A DNA stretch of 44,172 bases from a virus, in UHGV virus genome UHGV-1367777, one strand, 5' to 3'. The position numbers were made by a program, and so were the translations under genes. Shown one piece after another: positions 34,815 through 43,340 of the stretch (positions are counted from its first letter, which is position 1; each line of letters opens with the position of its first letter). The notes below the pieces were generated by a model. It was not told the origin of the DNA. It did not search any database and saw only the letters and a program-made list of their open reading frames with translations.

Positions 34815-37073
34815 TTAGTCCGCCAAATCGTCGTCGGTGGCAACCAATTCACGCACAATTCCGTCCGGGATCACCAGGTTCGATGTGCCCATTTGCATGC
34901 CTGTGTCGGGGTCCCGGTAGCCTTTGAACACGCCCCTTTCGATTAGCGCGTTGATGGCCGTTGTGTTCGTTCCGCCCTTCTCATAGCCCGCTTGCTTCAG
35001 TATGGCCGACTTGCTGAAGCCGTGGTGCCCTGGGTTGGCCTCCATCAGCGCTTCGAGCGCCGCGACGAATTCCGCTTCCTTCTTATTGCGCGGGCCTTCC
35101 TTCGCTTCGGTGGTCTGCTTCTTCACGATCTGGGTGGTGCCGAACGGTTCCAGCGCGACCGGGACGAGATACAGCGTTTCGTCGCGAGGTGATACGGACA
35201 CTGGCTTGACTGTGTGGCCCGCTGTGATGTCTCCCCAATCCGGGCCGGGGTTGGTGGCCTGGTGCGCCTCGAATGCGGCCGACTTCTTCTGATCGAAACC
35301 AACCTTGCACTTCAGCAGAATGAAGCCGCGTGGGGACTGTCGGGACCCGTTACGCATCTTCTCGTGATACAGGTTGATCTGGCCCTTCTTCTGCTCGTCC
35401 GGTTGCTCAATGAAGAACGCCGTATCAACGGCACCGTGCAGGGCTGACGAGCCACGCGGGGACCTGCTGCCGTTCGGTGATTTGGCCGGGTGGTGGATGA
35501 CGCCCGCTGACCCGCCCGTGGCCTCGCTGATTTGCTTCAGGGCGCTGACTACCTCGCCCATGTCGCTGGCGTTGTTCTCGTCGAAAGGCTTCTTATCTGC
35601 GGCGCGCAACGCCACGGTCTGGTTCAGCGAGTCGAACGTGATAATGCCGACAGGCTCGTCACGGGCCAGTTTGCGGATCAGACGGATGACTTCACGCACG
35701 CCGTGCTTACTGGTGATATCCCACCCGGTGGCCTGCATGTCGATGATGTGCAGCTTGTCCAGGTCGTCCTGGTACTTCTGCCGCAGGGCTTCCTTACGCT
35801 GCTCGGTGGACTCGCCGCCTTCCGCATCGAAATAGAAGTTGTGCGCCTGTACTACCTTCGCGCCACCGAACGGGATTCCGGCCGACACTGCCGCCATCTT
35901 ACCGAGCATATAGAACGATTTACCGATATTCGATTCACCCGCAGCGTACCAGGTAGACCGGAAGTTCAGCAGGCCCTCAACGATCGGGTCGTACTTCGTG
36001 AACAGGGATTCCGGTTCGTTCTCCAGGTCGAAGTCGGTACACACGCCGAAGTCCTCACCATCACCCACGGCGTCGGTGACGTGCTCATACTGCGCGGCAA
36101 CCTCTTCGTCGTCCAGGCCTGGCAACATTTCCGCGATCTGCTTACGGCTAAGCTGGTGAGGCTGAACGTTGATGTGGTCCGGCATACCCAGCAGGCGAAG
36201 CGCCAGGTGCTGGTGACGGTTTAGTTCTGAACAGCACCCGTTACCGGAGTGCATGCAGACGAAGCGCATTTCCTTGCCGTCCAGCATGATCGCGGTTGAG
36301 CCTTCGCCGGAGTGCAGATGTTCGTTTGGGCACGGCACTTCGTACCCACGGCCGGAGGACAGCGGTTCGAAACCCTGTTCGAAGCACCAATCAGAAATGG
36401 CCTGGTTGTCGCCGTTCAGGTCTTCGATCAGTTCCTTCTCTTCTTCCTGGTCAATCCCCAGCTTGTCTGCCAGGCGAAGCAGGCGACGAACACGGACCAG
36501 GTTGCCGTCGTGACACTCGACAACGGACTGAGCATGGGGCAGGTATACCAGGCGGTTGGTATCCACGGTGCAGTCATCGAAACCCACGTCTTCCAGGCCG
36601 AGGGAGTGCAGTAGGGCGTACTGTGCGCGGCCGAAGTCTGCCGCTTCCACTGGCTTGTCAGTCAGCACCAGGACGCGGATACAGCGGAGTCCACCTTTCA
36701 GTTCGTGGCGGTCCCCGGTGGTCGTGTGGAATACGTGGGCCAGGCCGGACTCCCGGAAGGCGCGTTTCACCCGGCGCACGGTGCGGGCGTCAGCACGGTC
36801 CAGGTCATAGAACAGGATCGAGCGGTTGCCGATGTCGGCTTTACGGCGCGTACCGTTAAGGGAGGTCGCCACGATACCGTCGGCGCGGGACTTCTTGCGG
36901 TTGTACCGGGCTTTATCTTCGGTGCCAGAGATCGACACGCTGGAAATATCGCGCGCGTCCTGCATGAATTCGAAGAACTCGGCAACGGTCATCGCCTGGT
37001 TATTTACCCGGGCGGATTCGCCTTTCTTCGCAGGCGGAGTAATGCCGAAGTGAATTAATTTGCTCATTGTCAC
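34815..37073 (-). CDS. DNA primase-helicase (zinc-binding primase N-domain + RecA/AAA_25-like helicase C-domain)
   Basis: 752 aa. Cys/His cluster CPNEHLH...CMHSGNGCC. Walker A GESNIGKS and Walker B IITFDSL. C-terminal ATDDDLAD tail. Confidence 0.75.
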   Translation of the reverse strand: MTMSKLIHFGITPPAKKGESARVNNQAMTVAEFFEFMQDARDISSVSISGTEDKARYNRKKSRADGIVATSLNGTRRKADIGNRSILFYDLDRADARTVRRVKRAFRESGLAHVFHTTTGDRHELKGGLRCIRVLVLTDKPVEAADFGRAQYALLHSLGLEDVGFDDCTVDTNRLVYLPHAQSVVECHDGNLVRVRRLLRLADKLGIDQEEEKELIEDLNGDNQAISDWCFEQGFEPLSSGRGYEVPCPNEHLHSGEGSTAIMLDGKEMRFVCMHSGNGCCSELNRHQHLALRLLGMPDHINVQPHQLSRKQIAEMLPGLDDEEVAAQYEHVTDAVGDGEDFGVCTDFDLENEPESLFTKYDPIVEGLLNFRSTWYAAGESNIGKSFYMLGKMAAVSAGIPFGGAKVVQAHNFYFDAEGGESTEQRKEALRQKYQDDLDKLHIIDMQATGWDITSKHGVREVIRLIRKLARDEPVGIITFDSLNQTVALRAADKKPFDENNASDMGEVVSALKQISEATGGSAGVIHHPAKSPNGSRSPRGSSALHGAVDTAFFIEQPDEQKKGQINLYHEKMRNGSRQSPRGFILLKCKVGFDQKKSAAFEAHQATNPGPDWGDITAGHTVKPVSVSPRDETLYLVPVALEPFGTTQIVKKQTTEAKEGPRNKKEAEFVAALEALMEANPGHHGFSKSAILKQAGYEKGGTNTTAINALIERGVFKGYRDPDTGMQMGTSNLVIPDGIVRELVATDDDLAD

Positions 37074-37077
37074 GGCC

Positions 37078-37383
37078 TTATTTAGCGTTGCGGACCCAGG
37101 AACGTACGGTGCTTACGTTGATGCCTGTAATCTCGGCAATCATCGCCCAGGACTTTCCTTCTTCGCGCAATTTGATAACCTGCGCTTTGTATAATTCCAT
37201 TTCGGAGTTATGCTTCTCTAACTTGCTCGCTGCCGTACCGTTCAGCAGTTCCAGTTTGGCGTTCAGCCCTTCGAAAGCGTCAACGATTAAATCGCGAGCC
37301 TGGACCGCCTCCATCCCGTCAGCCTTTTCAACGATGTCCAGTAATGCCTTCAGTTTCACAGTATTCATTTTAAGTAATCTCAT
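37078..37383 (-). CDS. HTH DNA-binding protein
   Basis: C-terminal WAMIAEITGINVSTVRSWV is a helix-turn-helix. The ORF track starts it at TTG 37428. ATG candidates are at 37383 and 37367. Confidence 0.5.
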   Translation of the reverse strand: MRLLKMNTVKLKALLDIVEKADGMEAVQARDLIVDAFEGLNAKLELLNGTAASKLEKHNSEMELYKAQVIKLREEGKSWAMIAEITGINVSTVRSWVRNAK

Positions 37384-37407
37384 TGGTTGCAGGACAAGGA
37401 ATATACA

Positions 37408-37440
37408 TCTTGCGCGCGTATAGTGCAAGCCCTATTATCC
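37408..37440 (+). promoter_or_regulatory. sigma70-like promoter TTGCGC-N17-TATTAT
   Basis: Good spacing and -10. It points at the downstream intrinsic terminator with no ORF in between. Confidence 0.4.
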
Positions 37441-37443
37441 GTA

Positions 37444-37514
37444 TTGCTCATTGTCTAATCGTTCGGACTCCTGAATCCCCAGCTCACTTTTGACCTGGGG
37501 ATTTTTTTTTTTTT
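37444..37514 (+). ncRNA. candidate small RNA (~70 nt)
   Basis: Bounded by the promoter above and the terminator AATCCCCAG-N12-CTGGGGATT followed by T13. No ORF. Confidence 0.3.
37474..37514 (+). terminator. intrinsic terminator with a 13-nt T-run
   Basis: 9-bp GC-rich stem followed by T13. Confidence 0.7.
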
Positions 37515-37532
37515 CACCTTTCTGAAAATTCT

Positions 37533-37565
37533 TGTTGACGCAACCAACGCAACCAATTAACCTTC
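37533..37565 (+). promoter_or_regulatory. promoter TTGACG-N17-TAACCT with two GCAACCAA copies in the spacer
   Basis: Sits upstream of the first + early gene, 37608. Confidence 0.5.
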
Positions 37566-37607
37566 ACTCCGTCAACACGACATAACCCAAAAACTTTAGG
37601 AGTACGT

Positions 37608-38024
37608 ATGTTAGAACAACTGCTGGCACTGATTGAACGTGGCGTGATCGCTCTGGAAACCATCGCAGAAAGCAAAGCGCCTTCCGACGATAAGCCTGTG
37701 AAGAAGGCGACCAAGAAGGCCGAGCCGGAAGACGAGCCGGAAGAGAAGCCAGCTAAGAAGTCGACCAAGGCGAAGAAGGAAGAGCCGGAAGAAGAGCCAG
37801 CGAAAAAGCCACGCGGTAAAAAGAAAGCCGATCCGGTTGTCGAAGCGCGTGAACGCATCGCCAAGAACGCGGCGCTGATCTCCGGCGGCGACGATGACGA
37901 CGCGATCGACGACTTCGACGACCTGCTGGAAGAGTACGAAGTGAAGTCCATCGACAAGCTGGACGACGAAGACGTGGAAGACTTCGACGCTGATCTGCAA
38001 GACATCGCGGACAAATACTTCTAA
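37608..38024 (+). CDS. highly charged protein: Lys/Glu/Pro-rich middle, strongly acidic C-terminal tail
   Basis: PAKK-type repeats followed by DDDDAIDDFDDLLEEYEV...DDEDVEDFDADLQDIADKYF. It is the first gene of the + early operon and is followed by a terminator/attenuator. Confidence 0.6.
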   Translation: MLEQLLALIERGVIALETIAESKAPSDDKPVKKATKKAEPEDEPEEKPAKKSTKAKKEEPEEEPAKKPRGKKKADPVVEARERIAKNAALISGGDDDDAIDDFDDLLEEYEVKSIDKLDDEDVEDFDADLQDIADKYF

Positions 38025-38028
38025 TCCC

Positions 38029-38057
38029 CAGGGCGGCGCAAGCCGCCCTACTTTTAA
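38029..38057 (+). terminator. hairpin AGGGCGGCgcaaGCCGCCCT + CTTTT (attenuator)
   Basis: 8-bp GC stem. Confidence 0.45.
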
Positions 38058-38067
38058 GGAGTCGAAA

Positions 38068-38289
38068 ATGAAATTCGAATGTTTCCGCGCCACTGACCTG
38101 CGCGACGGAAAGAAAGAACTCTTCATCATCCGCGACGGGACGGAAATGGCCTGCGTCGCAAACAACACATCCCTGGACTTCGTGCGCCGTCTGGAACGCC
38201 AGGACCTGCTTCAATGGTATCCGCTGGACTACTTCGCCCATAACATCGGCGACGACCGAGAAACCCTGGCCGTATGGGAGCGCGAATAA
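38068..38289 (+). CDS. hypothetical protein (73 aa)
   Basis: RBS AAGGAG within the conserved context TAAGGAGTCGAAAATG. Confidence 0.5.
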   Translation: MKFECFRATDLRDGKKELFIIRDGTEMACVANNTSLDFVRRLERQDLLQWYPLDYFAHNIGDDRETLAVWERE

Positions 38290-38459
38290 TGGAACACTAT
38301 TTCGTACTGATCGAAAACGGGTTAGGGCGTAAACGGTCAACTCTGCTTAGCGGCGGGCATGCCGATAAGGTATTCGAACGTGCCGAGGCGTGGGCGCTGC
38401 GCGTCACACAGCAATACGGCAACCAGTGGGTAATCATCAAATTCGAGAAGGTGGCGTAA
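38289..38459 (+). CDS. hypothetical protein (56 aa)
   Basis: TAATG overlap at both ends. Confidence 0.4.
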   Translation: MEHYFVLIENGLGRKRSTLLSGGHADKVFERAEAWALRVTQQYGNQWVIIKFEKVA

Positions 38460-39916
38460 TGCAGTCTGGATCTAACACCGAACACTCGATTCTCAGCCCG
38501 TCGGGATCTAAAAAGTGGCTGAACTGCGCCGCGTCGCTTGTGGTTGAGCAGGACTATCCGAACGAGTCCGGCCAGGCGGCGATTAACGGCACCGCAATGC
38601 ACACCGTGTCTGAGGTGGTGCTGAACCGGATTATCAACGAGGGTGCCGACCTGGACGCCCGAACCTATAAAGGGGCTTACGTTGAGGACGAGGGGAAAGG
38701 CAAGATTCGCGCGCACGTTAAGCCGCCGAAGGGCGGGGTACTGGTCAACGATGACATGGTCAAACAGTGTAACTCCTACATTGACCACTGGCGACCACTG
38801 CTCAACGTCTGTAAGTTCGTCCAGCTTGAAATGCGAGTCGACCTTACCCGCATCCTGCACAAAGGCGCGACGGTAACGGTCACGGACCCGCGCACTGGCG
38901 AGAAGTCGAAGGCGGAAGTCCAGACGTTCGGGACTGCCGATATGGTCATGCTGGTCCCGCAGTCGGATGGAACGTTCCTGCTCATCGTGGGCGACCTGAA
39001 GACCGGGCGGCACAAAGTGCATGCGAAGGAAAACAAACAGCTTATGCTGTACGCCCTGGGCGTCCTGCGCAAACTGCGCCGCCTGTACGATATCAGCATG
39101 GTTCGCCTGGTCATCTTCCAACCATACTGCGGCGGTGCCGATGAGTGGGACATCACGCCGGACGGCCTGGACATCTTCGCCAAGTTCGCCAGTAAGCGCG
39201 CCCTGGCCGCGATCGACGCGCTGGAGAAGGGTAAGAAAGGTCTGAAGCCTGCGGACTTCAAGCCGAGCGCCGACGCCTGCGAGTGGTGCCGATTCGCTAA
39301 CGACTGCGGGGCCAGGGCGAAAGCCGCCATTGCGACGCTGCGACCGTCAACGGCAACCGATGACGACCTGGCGGACACGGCGGATAATACCGAAGCGTCA
39401 CCGGAAGAGATCGCGAACCACGAGCGCAATATGGAACGCAAGGCCCGCCGTGAAGCACGCAAGGCCCGCCGTGAAGCACGTAAAGCGCGCCGGGAAAAGC
39501 GCAAGCCTGACCAGTACGCTATGACGCCGGAAGAACTGAAAGTGGCGTATGACGACCTGGACATGATGCGCCAGCACATCAAGCGCATTGAGGATGCCGT
39601 GTTTAAGGCTGTGTTGCAGGGCGAAGGTAAAACCCTGGGTCTTAAGATGGTAGCTGGCAAGGAAGGGAACCGGGCGTGGGGTGACAAAGACGCCGTCCTG
39701 GACATGCTGACTAAATCACGGGTCAAAAAAGACCTGTTTATCAAAGAATCGCTCTTCAGCCCTGCTGATGCCGAGAAGGTTCTGAAAGACGAGAAGCCAG
39801 CAGTATGGGCGAAGTTGCAAGCGCAGATCAAACGCGCCCCAGCTAAGCCTACCCTGGCACCTATCGATGACCCACGCCCGGAATGGTCCGAGGCGACTGA
39901 CGAGGATCTGGAATGA
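38459..39916 (+). CDS. PD-(D/E)XK nuclease, Cas4/RecB-like with C-terminal Cys cluster (DUF2800-like) plus ~190-aa charged C-terminal extension
   Basis: GTADMVMLV...IVGDLKTGRHKV and QLMLYALG motifs. CEWCRFANDCG is a 3-Cys cluster. Internal ATDDDLAD and 3x RKARREA repeats. Confidence 0.7.
   Translation: MQSGSNTEHSILSPSGSKKWLNCAASLVVEQDYPNESGQAAINGTAMHTVSEVVLNRIINEGADLDARTYKGAYVEDEGKGKIRAHVKPPKGGVLVNDDMVKQCNSYIDHWRPLLNVCKFVQLEMRVDLTRILHKGATVTVTDPRTGEKSKAEVQTFGTADMVMLVPQSDGTFLLIVGDLKTGRHKVHAKENKQLMLYALGVLRKLRRLYDISMVRLVIFQPYCGGADEWDITPDGLDIFAKFASKRALAAIDALEKGKKGLKPADFKPSADACEWCRFANDCGARAKAAIATLRPSTATDDDLADTADNTEASPEEIANHERNMERKARREARKARREARKARREKRKPDQYAMTPEELKVAYDDLDMMRQHIKRIEDAVFKAVLQGEGKTLGLKMVAGKEGNRAWGDKDAVLDMLTKSRVKKDLFIKESLFSPADAEKVLKDEKPAVWAKLQAQIKRAPAKPTLAPIDDPRPEWSEATDEDLE
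39437..39499 (+). repeat. 21-bp tandem repeat (2 perfect + 1 degenerate) encoding the RKARREA heptad
   Basis: CGCAAGGCCCGCCGTGAAGCA x2 seen directly. Confidence 0.8.
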
Positions 39917-40167
39917 AATATTTAGAAATGTTGGGGCGGGTATCACTCGCCATGTTAGTGGCCTCCCCTCTGGCCGTGGTTATTATGGTCATTCTTATCT
40001 TTGCTGCCGCCTCTGACCTGGTATGGCTGGTCACACACCGTGACCTTGACAACCAGTGGAATGCGCGGATCTGTGACTACCTGGACACGCCGGACAATGT
40101 GTACATGCGATTCGGCACCTGGTATGAAAATGTAGTTCGTCGCATTTTAGGGTTGACAGAAGTTTAG
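39913..40167 (+). CDS. small membrane protein
   Basis: TM segment LAMLVASPLAVVIMVILIFAAA. Confidence 0.45.
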   Translation: MKYLEMLGRVSLAMLVASPLAVVIMVILIFAAASDLVWLVTHRDLDNQWNARICDYLDTPDNVYMRFGTWYENVVRRILGLTEV

Positions 40168-40183
40168 CAACCAATTATCTTAA
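40151..40183 (+). promoter_or_regulatory. promoter TTGACA-N17-TATCTT with GCAACCAAT abutting the -10
   Basis: Consensus -35, 17-bp spacer. Confidence 0.55.
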
Positions 40184-40243
40184 GCACCACTGAGCCGGGG
40201 CAGACTCCCCGGCAACCGAAACCGAAAAATGGGAAACTGAAAA

Positions 40244-40951
40244 ATGGCTAAAGTAAACCTCCGTAATGTTCGCGTGTGCTTCCTGAAAATTTGGGAACGT
40301 GACACCCCTAAGCAGAAAGACCAAAAGCCCGCATACCGCGCTGTAATCCTGATCGACAAAGAAGATTCGCAGTTCGCTAAAGTCGAAGAAGCGGCCCTGG
40401 CCGTCCTCACTGACAAGCTGAAGTCCGAGAAAAATGCCGAGAAGTGGATGGACCGCCACTTTGGGCAGGATTCTAAAGAATGCTGCGTGCGCGATGGTGA
40501 CGAGCGCGAAGAAGTTACGGAAGAGTTTGAGGGCATGTATTACATCAATGCCAAGTCGTACAAACAGCCTAAGATCCAGACCTCCGAAGGCGAAACCCAG
40601 ACCGAACCGGGCGAAACCGTAGAAGGCGACGAGCCGGAAGGCAAAGAGATCTATTCTGGCTGCTACTGCAACGTCTCGCTGGACATCTGGGCGTGGAACA
40701 ACGACAACGGCAAAGGCCTCGGTGCCGGGCTGCTGGGTCTGCGATTCCGCGACGATGGTGAATCCTTCGGCGGGGGCGGCGGTGAAACGGCAACCGACGA
40801 CGACCTGGGTGACGATGACGACGAACCGAAGTCTAAGAAGGGCAAGTCCCGTCGCGACGAAAAACCTCGCAAGTCCCGCCGTTCTCGTGATGAGGACGAA
40901 GAGGAAGAGGAAGAAGAGGAAAAACCTCGTTCCCGTCGTAATCGTCGTTAA
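40244..40951 (+). CDS. ssDNA-binding protein (DUF2815-like OB fold) with acidic/basic low-complexity tail
   Basis: The N-terminus MAKVNLRNVRVCFLKIWE is typical of DUF2815. Position between DUF2800-like nuclease and PolA. The tail carries ATDDDLGDDDD and a poly-E run. Confidence 0.6.
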   Translation: MAKVNLRNVRVCFLKIWERDTPKQKDQKPAYRAVILIDKEDSQFAKVEEAALAVLTDKLKSEKNAEKWMDRHFGQDSKECCVRDGDEREEVTEEFEGMYYINAKSYKQPKIQTSEGETQTEPGETVEGDEPEGKEIYSGCYCNVSLDIWAWNNDNGKGLGAGLLGLRFRDDGESFGGGGGETATDDDLGDDDDEPKSKKGKSRRDEKPRKSRRSRDEDEEEEEEEEKPRSRRNRR

Positions 40952-40966
40952 TCGGGCCAAGCCCAC

Positions 40967-40996
40967 TAAAGCCCGCCGTGTGCGGGCTTTTTCTTA
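40967..40996 (+). terminator. hairpin AAAGCCCGCcgtgtGCGGGCTTTTTCTT before the polymerase gene
   Basis: 9-bp stem with a T-run. Likely an attenuator. Confidence 0.55.
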
Positions 40997-41006
40997 GGAG
41001 TCGAAA

Positions 41007-43340
41007 ATGTATAAGAAAATGATTGGACGCAAGACTAAGCGCGGGCGCGCCAGGGCCTTTAAGCGCATCTTCCTCGACACCGAAACGTTCTCAGCACTCA
41101 ACCTGAAGAAGGCCGGGGCGTACGCCTACGCCGAACACCCGACCACTGAGGTGATGATCTGCACCTGGGCGTTGGATGATGGCAAGGTCCAGACCTGGGA
41201 CGCCACGGAGTCGCCGCGTATGCCTCGCGAACTGCGCCGGGCGCTTCGATCTGTCTGCGCTAAAGAGGCGCGAATCGTCATGGCGAACGGCCTGATGTTC
41301 GACCGCCTGGTCATCCGCGAGAAGTGGGGATTCGACATTCCAGTGTCGCAAATCGACGACACAATGGTAATGGCCTTCCGCTGCGCGCTGCCGGGTTCCT
41401 TAGACAAGCAGTGCGAAGTGCTGGGTATCGGGTCCGACCAAGCCAAGGATAAGGAAGGCAAGAAGCTGATCCAGCGCTTCTGTAAGCCAACGCCGAAGAA
41501 CTACAAAGTGCGCCGTTACTCATCGGCAACGCACCCGGAAGAGTGGAAAAAATTTCTCCGCTATGCCGCGATGGATATCGTTGCGATGCGCGAAGTCTAC
41601 TATCGCCTGCCGACCTGGATCGACAGCGACATGGAAGACAAAATCCTGATTATTGACCAGATGATCAACGACCGTGGCTTCTGCGTGGACGTCGACCTGG
41701 CAAACGCCGCGATCGATGCCGTGGTGAAGCACAAGGCCGAACTGAAAGCCGACGCCCTGGCGAAGTATTACGGGTCCCTCACGGGCAAGGACTTCCTCCC
41801 TATCCTGCGCGAACTGGCCCCGGCGTTCGTCATCCACAACGCACAGAAAGCGACGCTGAACGACCTGCTGGAAGACCCGGACTTCCCGGACGAGGGCAAG
41901 GCCCTGATCGAAATGCGCCTGGGCGTGTCGTCTACCGCGTCCACGAAGTACACCCCACTACTGGCCGGGCTGTCCGCTGACGGTCGACGCCGTGGCTGTC
42001 TTCAGTATGGCGGGGCTAAGCGTACCCTGCGCTGGGCTGGCAAGATGTTCCAGCCACAAAACCTGGCGCGCGGCGAAATCAGCGACGACGTCGAGCACAA
42101 GATGAAGCAGGAACCAGGCGAATCCGATATCGCGTTCTGGGTCCGGTCGCACATGCTCACTAACGGCATCAACGCGCTGTTACGCGGCCGCGCGCATATG
42201 GCGTATGACGTGTCCAAGTTGACGGCCGCCACGGTGCGCGCATGCATCATTCCGGCACCGGGTAAAAAGTTTGTCGTTGCCGACTATGCGAACGTCGAAG
42301 GGCGCGGCCTGGCGTGGATCGCTGGCGAGAAAACGGCGCTGGCCGTGTTTAAAGCTGGCCGTGATATCTACTGCGAGACTGCCGGTAAGATGTTCGGCCT
42401 CGATCCGGCGTTCATCAAAGAGCATCGCAAGGACCTCCGCCAGATCGGTAAAGCCTGCGAACTCGGCCTGGGCTACGGCGGCGGCGTTGCGGCGTTCCTC
42501 CAGTTCGCCAAAAACCTCGGCCTGGACCTGTACGAAATGGCGCGCGTGATGAAAGGCACGTTCCCGGACCACATCTGGGCGGCCGCAAAACGCGGGTACG
42601 AATACGCCAAAATCAACGAGAAGAAGCGCCCGCCGAAGCCGGGCAAGAAAGACGAGCGCCCTACCTTCATCCTGCCGAAGAGCGTGTGGCTGACCTGCGA
42701 CGCGATCAAACGTATGTGGCGCGAATCGCACCCGGAAACCGTAGCGTTCTGGGCCGAACTGGAAGGCGCTGTATTGGCCGCTATCCGTAATCCGGGTAAA
42801 TCGTACTGGGCTGGCGCGAACGTGCGCGAGGATGGCCGCCAGGCGCTGAAAATTATGCGCACGAAGGCGAAGCACGATCCGACGTTCGACGAGGACCGGG
42901 ACGACCCTGACGAGGCGGGTTGGTGGTTGAAAGTCGAGTTGCCGTCCGGTCGCATCATGTCTTACCCTGGCATCGGCCTGTCTGTCCAGACGGAAGTTGA
43001 CGAGGACACCGGGAAGAAGAAGACCAGCACCCGGATCAAGTACCAGGGCGAGAACCAGACGACGCGCCAGTGGGGGTGGCAATACACCTACGGTGGCAAG
43101 CTTACGGAAAACATCGTCCAGGCGCTGTGCCGCGATATCCTGGCCTGGTCCATGCCGCACGTCGAGGACGGCGGGTATCCGATCATCCTGTCAGTACACG
43201 ATGAGCTGATCACAGAAACGCCGGACGAGCCGGACTATACGGCGACCGAGTTAGAGCGCTTAATGTGCATCCTACCGACGTGGGCACAAGGGTTCCCGCT
43301 GGCCGCAGAGGGTGACGAGTTAATGAGGTATCGCAAATGA
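41007..43340 (+). CDS. family A DNA polymerase with 3'-5' exonuclease domain
   Basis: Exo I IFLDTETF. Pol motif A VADYANVEGR. Motif B RQIGKACELGLGYGGG. Motif C LSVHDELI. Confidence 0.9.
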   Translation: MYKKMIGRKTKRGRARAFKRIFLDTETFSALNLKKAGAYAYAEHPTTEVMICTWALDDGKVQTWDATESPRMPRELRRALRSVCAKEARIVMANGLMFDRLVIREKWGFDIPVSQIDDTMVMAFRCALPGSLDKQCEVLGIGSDQAKDKEGKKLIQRFCKPTPKNYKVRRYSSATHPEEWKKFLRYAAMDIVAMREVYYRLPTWIDSDMEDKILIIDQMINDRGFCVDVDLANAAIDAVVKHKAELKADALAKYYGSLTGKDFLPILRELAPAFVIHNAQKATLNDLLEDPDFPDEGKALIEMRLGVSSTASTKYTPLLAGLSADGRRRGCLQYGGAKRTLRWAGKMFQPQNLARGEISDDVEHKMKQEPGESDIAFWVRSHMLTNGINALLRGRAHMAYDVSKLTAATVRACIIPAPGKKFVVADYANVEGRGLAWIAGEKTALAVFKAGRDIYCETAGKMFGLDPAFIKEHRKDLRQIGKACELGLGYGGGVAAFLQFAKNLGLDLYEMARVMKGTFPDHIWAAAKRGYEYAKINEKKRPPKPGKKDERPTFILPKSVWLTCDAIKRMWRESHPETVAFWAELEGAVLAAIRNPGKSYWAGANVREDGRQALKIMRTKAKHDPTFDEDRDDPDEAGWWLKVELPSGRIMSYPGIGLSVQTEVDEDTGKKKTSTRIKYQGENQTTRQWGWQYTYGGKLTENIVQALCRDILAWSMPHVEDGGYPIILSVHDELITETPDEPDYTATELERLMCILPTWAQGFPLAAEGDELMRYRK

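Noticed and set aside
36296-36859. 187-aa + strand ORF and neighbouring + ORFs at 35374-36224
   Set aside because: Antisense within the primase-helicase gene. No start context.
40175-40966. 263-aa - strand ORF
   Set aside because: Antisense to the SSB gene. Low-complexity Phe/Leu/Arg runs that mirror the GAA/GAG-rich coding strand.
42180-43160. 326-aa - strand ORF
   Set aside because: Antisense inside the DNA polymerase gene, Arg/Ala-rich. Spurious.
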